NCBI GenBank assembly: GCA_964035545.1
Contig: OZ037765.1
Location: forward strand, 1,860,001 to 1,924,000
Length of the DNA stretch: 64,000 nucleotides
Origin: Bugula neritina
Lineage: Eukaryota > Animalia > Bryozoa
Direction of reading: 5' to 3'
Shown: positions 26,101 to 38,523 of the stretch, piece by piece
Layout of the letters: the number at the start of each line of letters is the position of its first letter
Numbering within the stretch: the stretch's first letter is position 1
Translations under genes and position numbers: made by a program
Notes under the pieces: model-generated
Database searches by the model: none
What the model saw: only the letters and a program-made list of their open reading frames with translations
What the model was told of the DNA's origin: nothing

Positions 26101-29100
26101 TGCTTTCTTAAACCACAGGTATTTCTGGGTGAGAAATAAAATAATACCTTATTATACAATATAATATAAAATAATATAACCAAATATATCAAAATATTTT
26201 ACATTGTATAATACAAGATAAAATCATATCAAACACAATGCTATACAATATAACTGTAATATTACAACACTATAATATATATTATAGCATAATATAACAT
26301 GAAATAACACACTATATGACAATATAATATCACACAATACCATAAAGTATCATATCAAGGATAAAATATAATAACATAGCAACACATTCGATGACCTAAC
26401 ACAACAGTTGATAAAATGTCAGCATCGTCAAGTGTCAGCAAGTGACTGTCAAACTAAAAATAGCTGAAAGAAGTTATTCATAGCAAACAGTAACCTGGAA
26501 GTAGATGAGGAAATAGTCGAGTTTGCGTTTGGTAGACCCTCTGTCAAAGTACTGACCACAGGTGTCTAGCAGCACACAGGTGAGTCTCAGTCTGAACAGG
26601 TGCGGCGGGGGATCTGAAACATATCTTAGAAAGTAAGGGAAGCCCAACAACCACTCGGTACGCTTGCACAATCTAGTGTAGTAGACCATAGCTGTGAGCA
26701 TATGTACAGTTTGTACTATTTACTGCAAACTATCTCAGTTGGACTTACAGAAAAGAGCAAATAAAGACAAACCAGTGTCTCTTTACATCTGTTACTTATT
26801 CAAATAACATTACTGCTAAGTGAGAAGTTGTACCTACACCAAAAGAGTTCTATTTCTTTCAAAAATAACATTTTTTTCAGATTTCTGTAAAAATACTAAT
26901 TCAATAGTTAGAAAAAGTTTATTTGCTATAACATAGCCTGAGGAAAACTGACACCTGCTATATGTATGTCATGATAGACACCTGCATATGCTTGTCACAA
27001 CTGACACCTGCTATAACATAAAAAATTATAAAATATCGCAAGACAACTATAAATGCCATCATGTATTAATTGTTCGATAGCTTGTTTTGAAACCTAACAT
27101 CAGTTGCCTGACACTCTTCACAGGTGCCCCGACACTTTAAACTAGTATTTTGACATTTGGTACTGATACTTTGCAGGTAGGTAACTAACCTAAGAGTGAA
27201 GGCATGTCATTATCATAGCTGACACCAAATGTTATAAAGCTGTAGAGAGTCTTGAAAATGACAGCAGAGTCAACTAGTCTGAAGTTGTAAAGTTCCCCCA
27301 GGTACTTGACCATACAGACTCTACGCTGGTTGTACTTCGGGTAGTTTATCTCCATGTCGGTACGAATAAACTCAAGGACACCATCTACCACCTGCACAAC
27401 CACATCCTCCTGTAATACGGGCGTAATACAACGTAATATACATGCAATACAACATAATATGTGTGTAATACAACGTAATATACATGATGCAATACAATGA
27501 AATACACATGCAATACAACTTATTATACATACAATACAACATAATATAAATACAATACAACGTAATATGTGTGTAACACAACGTAATATGCATGTAATAC
27601 ATCATATTATATATGCAATGAAATGTGCATGTAATAGGAGCATAATTAAAATACAATACAGTGAATTTAGTGTGTAATACATAATAAAGTGCCATACTAT
27701 ATATAATATAATCTCACATACACAAAAAACATGTACAGCGCAGCATAATAAATGAGCATAGCAAAAATAGCAATAGCAAATAATATACACATTCTACATA
27801 TAATATAGTGTAGAGTAGATGACACTACATGTATAATACAATGTAATATAAACATACTGCACTATAATATACACTGCATTATATAATCAAGACATACGTG
27901 ATACGGAGCTAACCCAGCTATTAGATTAGCCATGCAGTGAATATTCCCGTATTTTACGTTCCAAATAGCCGTCAAAGAATTTGTAGCAAAATCTTTCAAA
28001 TCTGGATCTTTCCAGTCAAGTTTTCTTATTTGTCTCAGAATCTGCAATTATACACAAGCTATATGTCATTATAACAACACTAAACGCATTATACCAACAC
28101 CATACGCATACAATATTTAAAATATTTTCTAGAAAGATGAGTAGAATATAAACTAATAAGCCAATACTGAACATTGGCGTGTATTATATGTCTCTATTCA
28201 AAGATACAAATATTTCACCATTCATCTCTAACCAACATATGACTAAGACATTTCACATTGCACAGTTCAGCTCCACCAGGACCCAAGTTGTGTTCAGAGT
28301 GATATAACTATGCATTGTGTTGCTAGGAAACCGTGTAAATATCCTATAAACATTTACATAAACATTCTGGAGTCGCTAGTAATGAGCAGATTACACGGAA
28401 GGGAAAGTACGCGCCCCCCACCTTCTCAGTGGAAGTTTTGTTAAGATCCTTGTACAGGAGTCTCCTGATGTACTCGTGTTTTGGAGGCCGGTTTTCCCGA
28501 ACTAAGTTTTGACTGCTGGGAGGGTTGCAGTAGTAGAAGGCGTTTTCTATCAGCGTGTTGTACCTGATGTCTAGACTCAGCGCCGTTTTCTTCCTCATCA
28601 TCACTTCCTGTAGACATCATTGCGTAAAATTAGTAAAAAATTAACTCGCTGTAAAAAAATTACTATACAAGATTGATTAATATCCAACAAATGTGTTCAA
28701 CTCCAAACGATTTTTTTTCCAGTAAGCACAAATCCAGACAATAAATCAGACAGTAGTTACCAGGTAGATTCTGGTACGATGGTGAGAATCAGGGCTACGG
28801 TAGAGGTACCGCCCGCAAGTCTCGAGAAGGGCGCAGGCCATGTCAATGTTGTGGTGAGTGAAGTCAAACATCAGCATCTTCAGACACTTGAGTACGTCCG
28901 TCTTTGTGTACATTCCAAACTTCACCAGCTCACCTACCAGTGTATATGTCCCGGTAAAGAGAAGACAACTTTACACAGCACATGGAAAGTGTAAAGGAAA
29001 TGAAGTTGTTTAGAGGATTTAATTACTGACACGGCGTACAACAAATTGAGTGTACGTTACTTCTAGTAAATAATGTGCACTTAGTAACCAGTAATGCATT

Positions 29101-32100
29101 AAACACAAACACCTTTTCAAAGAAACTCTTTGGTTGTGTGTGGTAACCGAGTGTAGAAAAAGTTCACAATACTTTGAATGATTATCACAAGGCGCCTCTA
29201 GACCGTAATATGTATAAATAGAATAACCATAAACTCATGGAGAGAAGACAAATCTTCAAAGCTACACTATTTAAAGGTGCAAGTGTTCAAAAGAGAAGAC
29301 AATCACCTAAACCAATTTAAATAAAACTGCAATTATTCATTAACTTGCAATGGCGCATAGAACAAAACAACAGAGTAACAATACAGGTATGTTGAGGGTA
29401 TAAAATACTTTATGAAAGCTACTGCTACACATTTAAAAATATAACCAAATACAGCAAAGCATAACCAATCAAGTATTTATGATTTATCAACTACTCACAG
29501 TAGCAAATTTTATATTAGATAAATAATGATTATGAATTAAACAGATATTATCACATAATAGAATAAACAAACAGTGCATACATGAGCTAATATGTAATCT
29601 ACTAAACAAGTAACGCCAACATTTCTTACCAATGAATCGCACTGTCTTGATTTTAGTCTCTATCTTAATCTGGTCTTTCTTGCGCACCAGATGGCGGAAG
29701 TCAAGAGTGAGGTAGTTGCATAGTTCGGTGCTGACGTCAGGCATGCAGGGGTAGAGTGTTGCTGCCAGTCGGGCATAAAACGGCAGCAGATCATATCTAC
29801 AAGTTCAGCAAATGCTACATGAGTCAGTAGCTAACAGGTCTCACAAAAGGGGAAACAATTCCAAATAAGAAGTCAGCTTGACAATAGACGATAAGAAATC
29901 CCACAAATTTGAGTGGCTGAATAAAAAGATCAATAAACTTCAAAGAAAAAAATTAGAAAAAATAAGTTCAGAAAAATTATAAATCTTATATGATGAAAAT
30001 AAAACATTTTGGGGGAAAAAACTAAAAAAAATATAAAAGAGAAAAATCTTCAAATCCCAATAGGAACTTGATCCCAAATCTTGTCACTTACCTGGTTCGT
30101 GCGACATTGAATAGGACTTTAACGAGGCGTTTCCTGTTAGACTTGGTATTGTGGGACATGCAGAAATCCTGAGCCGCCCTATCAATGAGCTCTCTGTTCA
30201 CACAGGTTGGCAAATCAGATAAAAACTTGTCATACAACAGCTGAGAGGTTGTTGCCATCGTGTCTTCCGCAGCTAAAAAGTAAACAGCAAACAGACGTCT
30301 CTTACAGGTCTTCCGCCATCTTGTGAGTCTTATGTCACTAACAGGTAGTTAGTCTAACCAACACAGAGTTATGTATATCATATAGATGTAAATCATGATT
30401 GGCAAGATCTTTATTAAATGCATCTTGCAGGCAAACTGCTACATTGAATCTTTACAAACCTACATTGTATAATATATGTTTAAATTATAGAATATTATAT
30501 ATAATTCATGTTTGCATTGTAGATACATGTTTATATTGAAGAACATATGTTTATAGTATTAACCATTAATAAACATAAAGCTTGCTAATGATATAACACT
30601 TTTAGGCAATCTTCAGAAATATAACTTTTGGCATAAAATACACAACACGATGTATTTGCAAGTAAAACTAACGACCCGGATATGAAGTATACCATTCATA
30701 TCGGCAGGATCAGATTCCTCTAGCATGAGCTCCTCAGCCTCGTTATCAGCTTCATTTGAGGACGGTTCACCCCCGTCCCCACCTTCTAGCAGCTCTTGCT
30801 CTACGTCTTCAATTTTTAAATCTTCTTCCTCTATACAATTCACAATTTCAACAAACTTACTCAAACGATAAAAAACAAAAATAAAAAATATTTTCCATAA
30901 AATCTACGCAAAATAATATAAATTACAATTAGAGTATAAAACAAACCTATATATTATATCTAAGATTTCCACTTATAACAGATTTAGAACTAGAGCTAGC
31001 AACCATGAAGTAGCATGCCATTGATGCTTAAATTTGCTAAAATAAACTCCAAAAATAGACTCTAACTTTTATTAGCCTCAGAGTTCTCTTCAGCCTTGTC
31101 CGGGGAGGGGGCCTGAGACACCTGACTGTCCTTGAGCAGAATCTGAGGAACTATGGCTCTCAGGTCTAGAAGTTTCTCATAGAACTGCTGCATCTCCTCG
31201 TCTTCATACAGACTCGTCTCTCCGTCATACTCAAACTGCTGAGCCGCATTGAACTCCAGGTCAAGGTCATCTCCTCCGAACTCTAACAAGGTGGACACAC
31301 AGACAGACACATGAATATACATACTAGCTAGTGAATTGTGTGAGAAGTAACAATCAGTCTATCATATTATTCTGACATAACTTGTTCATATAATTATTTT
31401 CTGGATGATTAATCTAACTTGAAGTAACATTAGAAAACATGGCGTTGTTATTGAAAAGTTGCCTAAATTCTGAGATACAAACTACTCACTGTGTTCGGGT
31501 AATTCACACATTTCCTCGTCAACTAGATCCTAAAAAAGGAAGAGAACATTACCTCCGGCATCCGACAGAGCAAGTTTGATCACAATTAAGTTGGCATGAA
31601 ATAATCAGTGAGTAAGGCAAGACTGTAGTTAGACATACTAAGCTATGAAATACGTACACTTAGAGTCTGCACATTGGACAGTAGCTTGTTATACGCTGCC
31701 TTCATCGTCTCATACCTCTCTTGTCTGTCAGCATTGAGCTCTCCTTTAGTCAATATTATTCTGCGGTTCTCCCACTCCATCAACTTCAACGCCTGAAAAG
31801 AGGAAACTAAAAGTTTGACAGCTAAACTGTGAGAAGATGACTCCATTTGTTATCCAAGCAACTTCAGCTGTGTGAGCGGTAATGGAACTGTGCTGTACTA
31901 GGTTGTAACAACATAAATATGTAAACATCTCTTTTACATTATCAAACCAAAAGTAACAGCAGAACTCATTCTAAGCATAGATACAGACTTTGTGGTACAT
32001 TTCAGGTAGTGAAAAGATGACTGTAACACTTGCTGTCTCCACTCCCTACAACCCATCTAATATCCATACCTTGTATCCCACCCCCTACAACCCCTCTAAT

Positions 32101-35100
32101 ATCCATACCTTGTATCCCACCCCCTACAACCCCTCTAATATCCATACCTTGTATCCCACCCCCTACAACCCCTCTAATATCCATACCTTGTATCTCCATC
32201 CCCTACGACCCCTCTAATATCCATACCTTGTATCCCACCCACTACAACCCCTCTAATATCCATACCTTGTATCCCACCCCCTACAACCCCTCTGATATTC
32301 ATACCTTGTGTCCCACCCCCTACAACCCCTCTAATATTCACACCTTGTGGTCTTTCAGCAGCTGTGATACGATACTGTTGTGGTATTCCTTAAGAAGGTT
32401 CCGGCAGCCCTTCTGTTTCTCTACTGGCAGCGTTGGACAGGAGGGCACAGTGAGGTCATACTTGTCAGCCAGAACTCTTCAAGTATATTGATGTAACGGA
32501 ATTGTTACTCATTATTATATTTATTATAATGCTCCAAAAAATCTAATGAACATTATTGATCTATTCACAGCTGTAGAAATTCATACCAGTCATAATATTG
32601 TATGGAGGAACAATTATGAGGAAATTCTGAGTTTTCAATATTTATATTGTGCTATTTACATTATAAAATACATCATTTTATAGTAACTATATCATAAAAT
32701 ATATTGTATTAGTTATAGAGGCCCTATCAATAGCAGAAATACATTATATTATAGTAACTATACCATATAATATATTGTCTCAATTATAGCGAAGTAGGCA
32801 TGGTCTAGAGGTTAGAGCATTGGCTTAGTAAACATGAGGTAAATGATTTGAATCCCAGTAAAGGCCATTGGTGATGTTAGGAAGAGCGTCTAGATTGTAG
32901 TCATAATTAATTCTGAGTCACAATAGAAAACAACTCCTTGGCCTGCTTAAAGAACCTTTTCATCATGGGTTTTATCATGCCTCCCAGTTTATAAGCTCTA
33001 GATAGCCTTAGAGTTTAGATACAAACTGACCTGTATTTATGAGGTACGAGACCCGCATAGTCACTGCCACAATGTCTACAGAAACTCTGTATGATAGAAA
33101 CGTTGCTATGTTCCTCCTTGTCACAGTTGACTAGGATGTTCAGCTGGTTGGAGAGAATGTTGAGGGCCCCCTTCTCCGGCAGAACACCAACTGATATGAG
33201 CTCCGCAAAGAATCTTATGTCTACTCTAAACTTGCTCTGATTGGTTACCTGGGAAGTGATATAACACAATATCTGGTAGGCTGCTAGCTAGCAGTTAAAA
33301 TGTAACAAGTCATATAATAAGCCAACCAGACAACTACCTTATCATCTTTCTTCTGCAGCAACACCTTCTGCCAATTCTCCAGCAACACCTCACAGAACTC
33401 CGAATATTTCTCATGCAGAAGGCAGCACAACTCTATGGCAGCGCTTATGTCTGACATCTTTAGTTTAGCTTCCACTATAGCAGTCGCCTAAAACCGTAAC
33501 TATCTATGCAACAACTAGTTAGAACACTAAACAAACTAACCACGTGTTACACATGACTTGCACATAATGCAGGAGAAGATAACTGCAGGAGAATATGACC
33601 GGGGAAGGTACAAGAATACTAGTGGGTTTAGTACTCACCACTTCTGATATGTACTTGGTAAGGTTCAACGTTTTCAGTTCTTTCAGTAAGCTCTCCTTCT
33701 GACTCTCAGTAAATGTTTTCTAAAAGTAAAATAATCGTTTGAAAATAAATCAGATGAAAATATCCAAGAAAAACATTCAGCAAATCCCTTGCCAGTTTTT
33801 CATTTGAAAAACTAAGTCAAAACATTTCTTCTTGCCGGTTACTGGTGCCGAAAATTTGAGTTTTTCCTATAAGAAATATTCAGAAAAATTTCAAATTTAA
33901 AAAAACGCAAAAAGATAATATGCCAAATCTCTGTTGAGAACAGAAACTAAAAAGTAAAAACTGGTCTAGATAAATGGCATACAGAGTTGTCAAGAAAGGA
34001 ACAATTGACCAATATTGACTAAATATTTATTCATTTACAGACAGAGTAACAACAACATTTGATAAACTTTACTAAATCTCACCAGCTTTCTAACAAATGC
34101 CGTGTTTTTCTTCAGACTTGAGTCGAGTTTTACAAAGTCAGAGTCTTCAGGGCGATATTCTAGAAACAGTACGACACATTGGACTAAGCTAAACCAACAA
34201 TCAGCAAAACACAAAGTATTTACAGACTAGGGTGCTTATTTTAGCCGATAATTTGTTGTAAGAGTAACTCTAGGAGATATGCATAACCTGTCTGAACTAT
34301 GAACTATAAAACTTGTTTAATTTATCTGAAGACAACCTAAAAAGCAAATCTAGAACTGTCTATTTTTGAGAGACCTGATTACAAAGTGCCTCAGGGAAAA
34401 GAAGATGACACAACTCTTAAGGCAGTAGCTAGATAACTAAATGCTAGCATACATACTAGAGTGGGAAGAGTTTAGCTGAAATTTATTACCAGCAAACAGG
34501 AAAAGTTTAGCTGCATATCTGTAATGATCAGACTGCTAGCGTTACTGTAACTTTACTCACCGGAAATATTAGCATTTCTATCTCTGTACATCTTTCTTAC
34601 TTTATATTTCTCCTCCATTTCTTTCACATAATCACTAATGAGTTGCTAAAATAATTCAAACAAAATAAAAATTCAAAATTTTCTCCCGCTATCGACACCA
34701 ATTTCATAAAAACTATTTAGAGTTGTCTTTTCTCAAAAAGATGACCTATAAATAGAAAATCTCTATTAAATGTAATGCAGAGCTAATATTTCCATAGTTA
34801 ATAACTATTTTGTTGCAAAATTTTTTACCTAGTTTCCAGAAAACATAACAGCCTGTACTAAAATTTGTGAAAGCAAGTTTAATAAAAGCTGCTTACAATA
34901 TAAATGAAAAGTAAAAAAGGAAAAGCAACTCCAACAGTTATAATTTTTTGATGACGTTTGCTGTTTTTTAAAGTTATCAGTAATTTGGATTGATTAGCCC
35001 CAATACTCTAAACTCACTGACTTGCTAATTCAAGAGTGATGCTCCAGAAACAAAGCAATGTTTACATTTATCTAATTTAGCTTCAGAGACCAGCAATTCT

Positions 35101-35827
35101 CGATGTATCACGTGTAGAACTTAGACTATTGTGAGACTTAACGACTACAACTTTACCTTTTCTTCAGCTTCTTTAGCAAGTCTCTCATCCTCTTTTTGAC
35201 TTTCACATCCTGCCTGCTCAGCATCTTCACACTTCACCTGAAAACCATAAAAAATTACTAGTTATTTTTACAAACACAGAACAAGATATCTCAATAGCAG
35301 TTCACATTATAAAATAACAGTCAAAAACTAAGGCTATAAATACAGAGAAGTGGAAAGAGGTCCTGGCTGAGTGAGCTTAAGGTCACAGGTTCAAACACTA
35401 GTAAAAAAGAACATTATGTCATAGATGCTCCTAAAAACCCTTAAAAAACCTTACCTGCCGAGGGTTCTCACAGGAATGGAAACTTTGAATAAACATTATT
35501 ATTTAGTCACAACAGCATTATTTTGCAGATTTTGAAAATATATTTACCATCACTATGCTAATAACATATTACTTGGCAATTCTATTTCTAGAAAATTAGT
35601 AACTGGTATTATCATAGACTCTAAAGTCTAAACACATCATAAAAACTCCTTATATAAAGAATCTAAATAGTTCAAACAGCAATCTAATAATATATTTCCC
35701 TGCAAACCTCTGGCTGCACCTGAGACTCTGCAGTTTCAGGTGATGAAGGCAGAGTTTCAGGTCTGACATTCTTCTGCCTCTCTTTACGCTCAGTTGAATA
35801 TCGCTTTCCTCCCCTACGCCCTTCCAT
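23178..35827 (-). CDS. UPF2: Regulator of nonsense transcripts 2 (three MIF4G domains plus UPF1-binding C-terminus), about 25 coding exons; start codon inferred
   Basis: Exon peptides KLDSSLKKNTAF, LNLTKYISEV, KFRVDIRFFAEL, LVRKKDQIKIETKIKTVRFIG, IENAFYYCNPP, NYPKYNQRR..YLGELYN, LLDTCGQYFDRGSTKRKLD, EDDDFMAAFDKM, KYQHQKGAPDADLIFG; stop TAG at 23180-23178. Confidence 0.95.
23307..23402 (-). repeat. 32-bp repeat (3 copies) spanning the last UPF2 donor
   Basis: ATTG|GTTAG recurs three times at a 32-bp period and fills most of the short last intron. Confidence 0.75.
23863..24376 (-). repeat. 21-bp minisatellite (about 24 copies) spanning a UPF2 splice acceptor
   Basis: Sense unit ACTGATATTACTCCCTTGTAG; the last copy supplies the in-frame acceptor (exon starts 23871, TDIAVP). 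Confidence 0.93.
32040..32349 (-). repeat. 39-bp G-rich minisatellite (about 8 copies) spanning a UPF2 splice donor
   Basis: Sense unit GTATGGATATTAGAGGGGTTGTAGGGGGTGGGATACAAG; the exon ends CACAAG| at 32344. Confidence 0.9.
32797..32893 (+). mobile_element. Degenerate tRNA-derived SINE fragment in a UPF2 intron
   Basis: A-box-like TGGTCTAGAGG and decayed B box GATTTGAATCC, followed by a GC-richer body (GGTGATGTTAGGAAGAGCGTCTAG). Confidence 0.45.
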
Positions 35828-37759
35828 TATTGAATCATTTATTTTGCTGCCATTGTCTGAGAATTAAAGTTATCATTACATGATTTACTTTCACAGGTAT
35901 AGTAGCTAGCAACAAATATAGCTTTTTAATCCAAGCTAGATTTTTTTAATCACACTAAAGAAGCTGAATTGATAAATCCAGTAAAATCAATGCTCAATGA
36001 TGGTAAAAAAACATCTCTTGAGGATTGTAATGTTACGAAATAGGATGCATGATGTTTACGGGAAATATAACACATAGTACAATCGCGCACAATATCATCA
36101 ACCTAAAATTAGCCCAACCAGTATTTGATCAACGTTGGTGATTCAAATAAACTCTGATCACGTCTAAAACCCTCCCTATTCCTAGTCAGGCTGTATAAGC
36201 TAAAGTGTCACTCTAAAGCAAAAGTAAAGAGTGTCATTCTATAAGGATAAAACAAAATTACCTCTTTTTGGGCGACAAAACAATATTTTCTATTTTCTGA
36301 TTAAAATTATTGATGAACAGAAATAAACAAAACAAGAAATAACCTAGGCTACTTGACCAGTTAAAGCTAATACAGATTTCAATGTTATAAAGCACAGGAC
36401 TAGTTTTAGTTAAAATGTCAGAAGGTTCTAAGTAAGCAAAATACCAATTATATTTTACTTTATCAAAAATTACAATTTTATGTATTTGTTAACTTTAAAA
36501 ATCATGTGAATCAAATTTTAATTTTCTTTATAGTTTTATCTTTAGTGTTCTTTTTTTTAAAATTGGTATTATACTTCAGAGAAAGCAAAAATAGCAATGG
36601 TCTTACTACTAATAGATATTTCAAGAAAGTGAGAGTAATACCTAATTACAATAGATCTTGAAAATGAAGGAACTACTAATACTATTTGTATTGAACAGTA
36701 TTAATGTGACTTAATTGTAATTGCAGTAACTGAAAGACTTTAAATTTAACTGTGTTGCAATAAAAGTGTTGGTGTGAGTGATTAGGAACTCATAATGATA
36801 ATCAACTATTGTCTTTAATAAGCAATTGAAACTACAATGTGAAACTGAATAGCAATGTGCACCTGTCACTGAATGTCAACTGTTTAGCTTTAAGTTTAGA
36901 ATTGATATTAAACAAAGTTGAAACTAAGGAAAATACTTATTCATATTGACATTGTCTAACTTCAACTTATACAGGTATATACTGACGGATAAAAAATAAA
37001 ACTAAAGACTGAAACTAAAAGCCTTATAGTTGTAGCTATCTAACTTTAAATACTTATAATTATATTTATAATAATGAAGCTGTAGTTTAAGTTATACTTA
37101 CAGCTAGTGTAATAAAATTAATAATCAAACAGCCTTAGAATTAAAATGATTTAGTTTTAGACTATCAGCGTCAGTATTATTATGCCTAACCTCGCGTTTA
37201 TCACTATAAGAGTCAATTTTCAACTAAAGCCCATTTTTACTATTAAGATTACAGGATTAGGATTACTATTAGTATTAATAATAGTTACAGTCTGAGTTTA
37301 AAAATTAAAATCAAAATGATTTTTTTAAAATACAAAATCCATATAATATCAATATTTGTAAAGCAATTTTGACTCAAAAATACTGGAAATAAAATTGCTT
37401 AGCAAAATTCTCAGCATGACTTACGCACATAATCATCACTTAGTGAAAGAAAACTGCAACACCTTGGACTTATTCCAAACACTAACAGTTGAATAGTTTT
37501 ACTTCCAAACGGAGCTGATAAATAACCGGATGTGCGATGCTTTGGGAATGTTTGAGCCGCTAAAAGAAAGTACACCTGTTGCTTACATTTTAAAGTAAAC
37601 GAACTGACAACTACTGCTTCGACGATTGTACTTTTCGCTATAATAAAAAAACTATAACTTTACAACATGCACATGGATATTGATATCAACTTTAAGCCCA
37701 ATTATTATTGTATTGATATTCATTGCCATTACTATTTGTGTTGGTATTGAATTTAGTTT

Positions 37760-38300
37760 TACCTTTACTGAAATTTGCATTTAGTATCAATATAAATTGA
37801 ATATCATATATCAATATGAATATCAATAATCAATATCAATATGAATATGAATATCAATATGAATATGTAAATTGTAATACTAATAGTTATAGTAATAGCA
37901 ATGATAGTACTAATACTAATAGTAATACTAATACTTATACTATTAGTATTAAATTGTCTTTAGAGTAATAGTAATAAATAATAAGGAATAGACTATTACT
38001 ATTACTATTAGTATTAGTATTACTATTAGTATTAGTAATACCAATACTGTAATTAATAGTCCAATATATTAACTTTGAGTTTGACTATTACTTTTAGTAT
38101 TACTATAGTAGTAGTATAAAGTAGCTAGTCTACTTACTACTAGTTGAATTAAAACAATTTCAATTCATTGATTAAACAACTACCTACAAGCAGTCTAGAA
38201 GTAGAGTCAACATGAACATGACTTGAACCCAACTCGATATATTATAATATCCATATGAATATGAATGTTGCAATTTGCATGATCCAATATGAAATTGAAT
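37760..38300. repeat. Low-complexity (ATATGA)n and (TAATAG/TACTAA)n hexamer arrays
   Basis: Directly visible degenerate hexamers. Confidence 0.75.
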
Positions 38301-38523
38301 ATCTGAAAAATAATAAAGTAGTTGTAAATAAAATGCTATCAAATAAAACCAAGTTACCTATTTTGAAATCATGACATTAGATTAGACTTAGCTGATGATA
38401 TTCATATTTTATTAAACTTTTATTTTTAAAATTACATATACCCAGTTGTAATCTTTGAATGTTAGGTTTATATTTCTATGATGGTCTGCATTTATAGGAT
38501 TTTTTTATGTTTTAGAAATCAGC

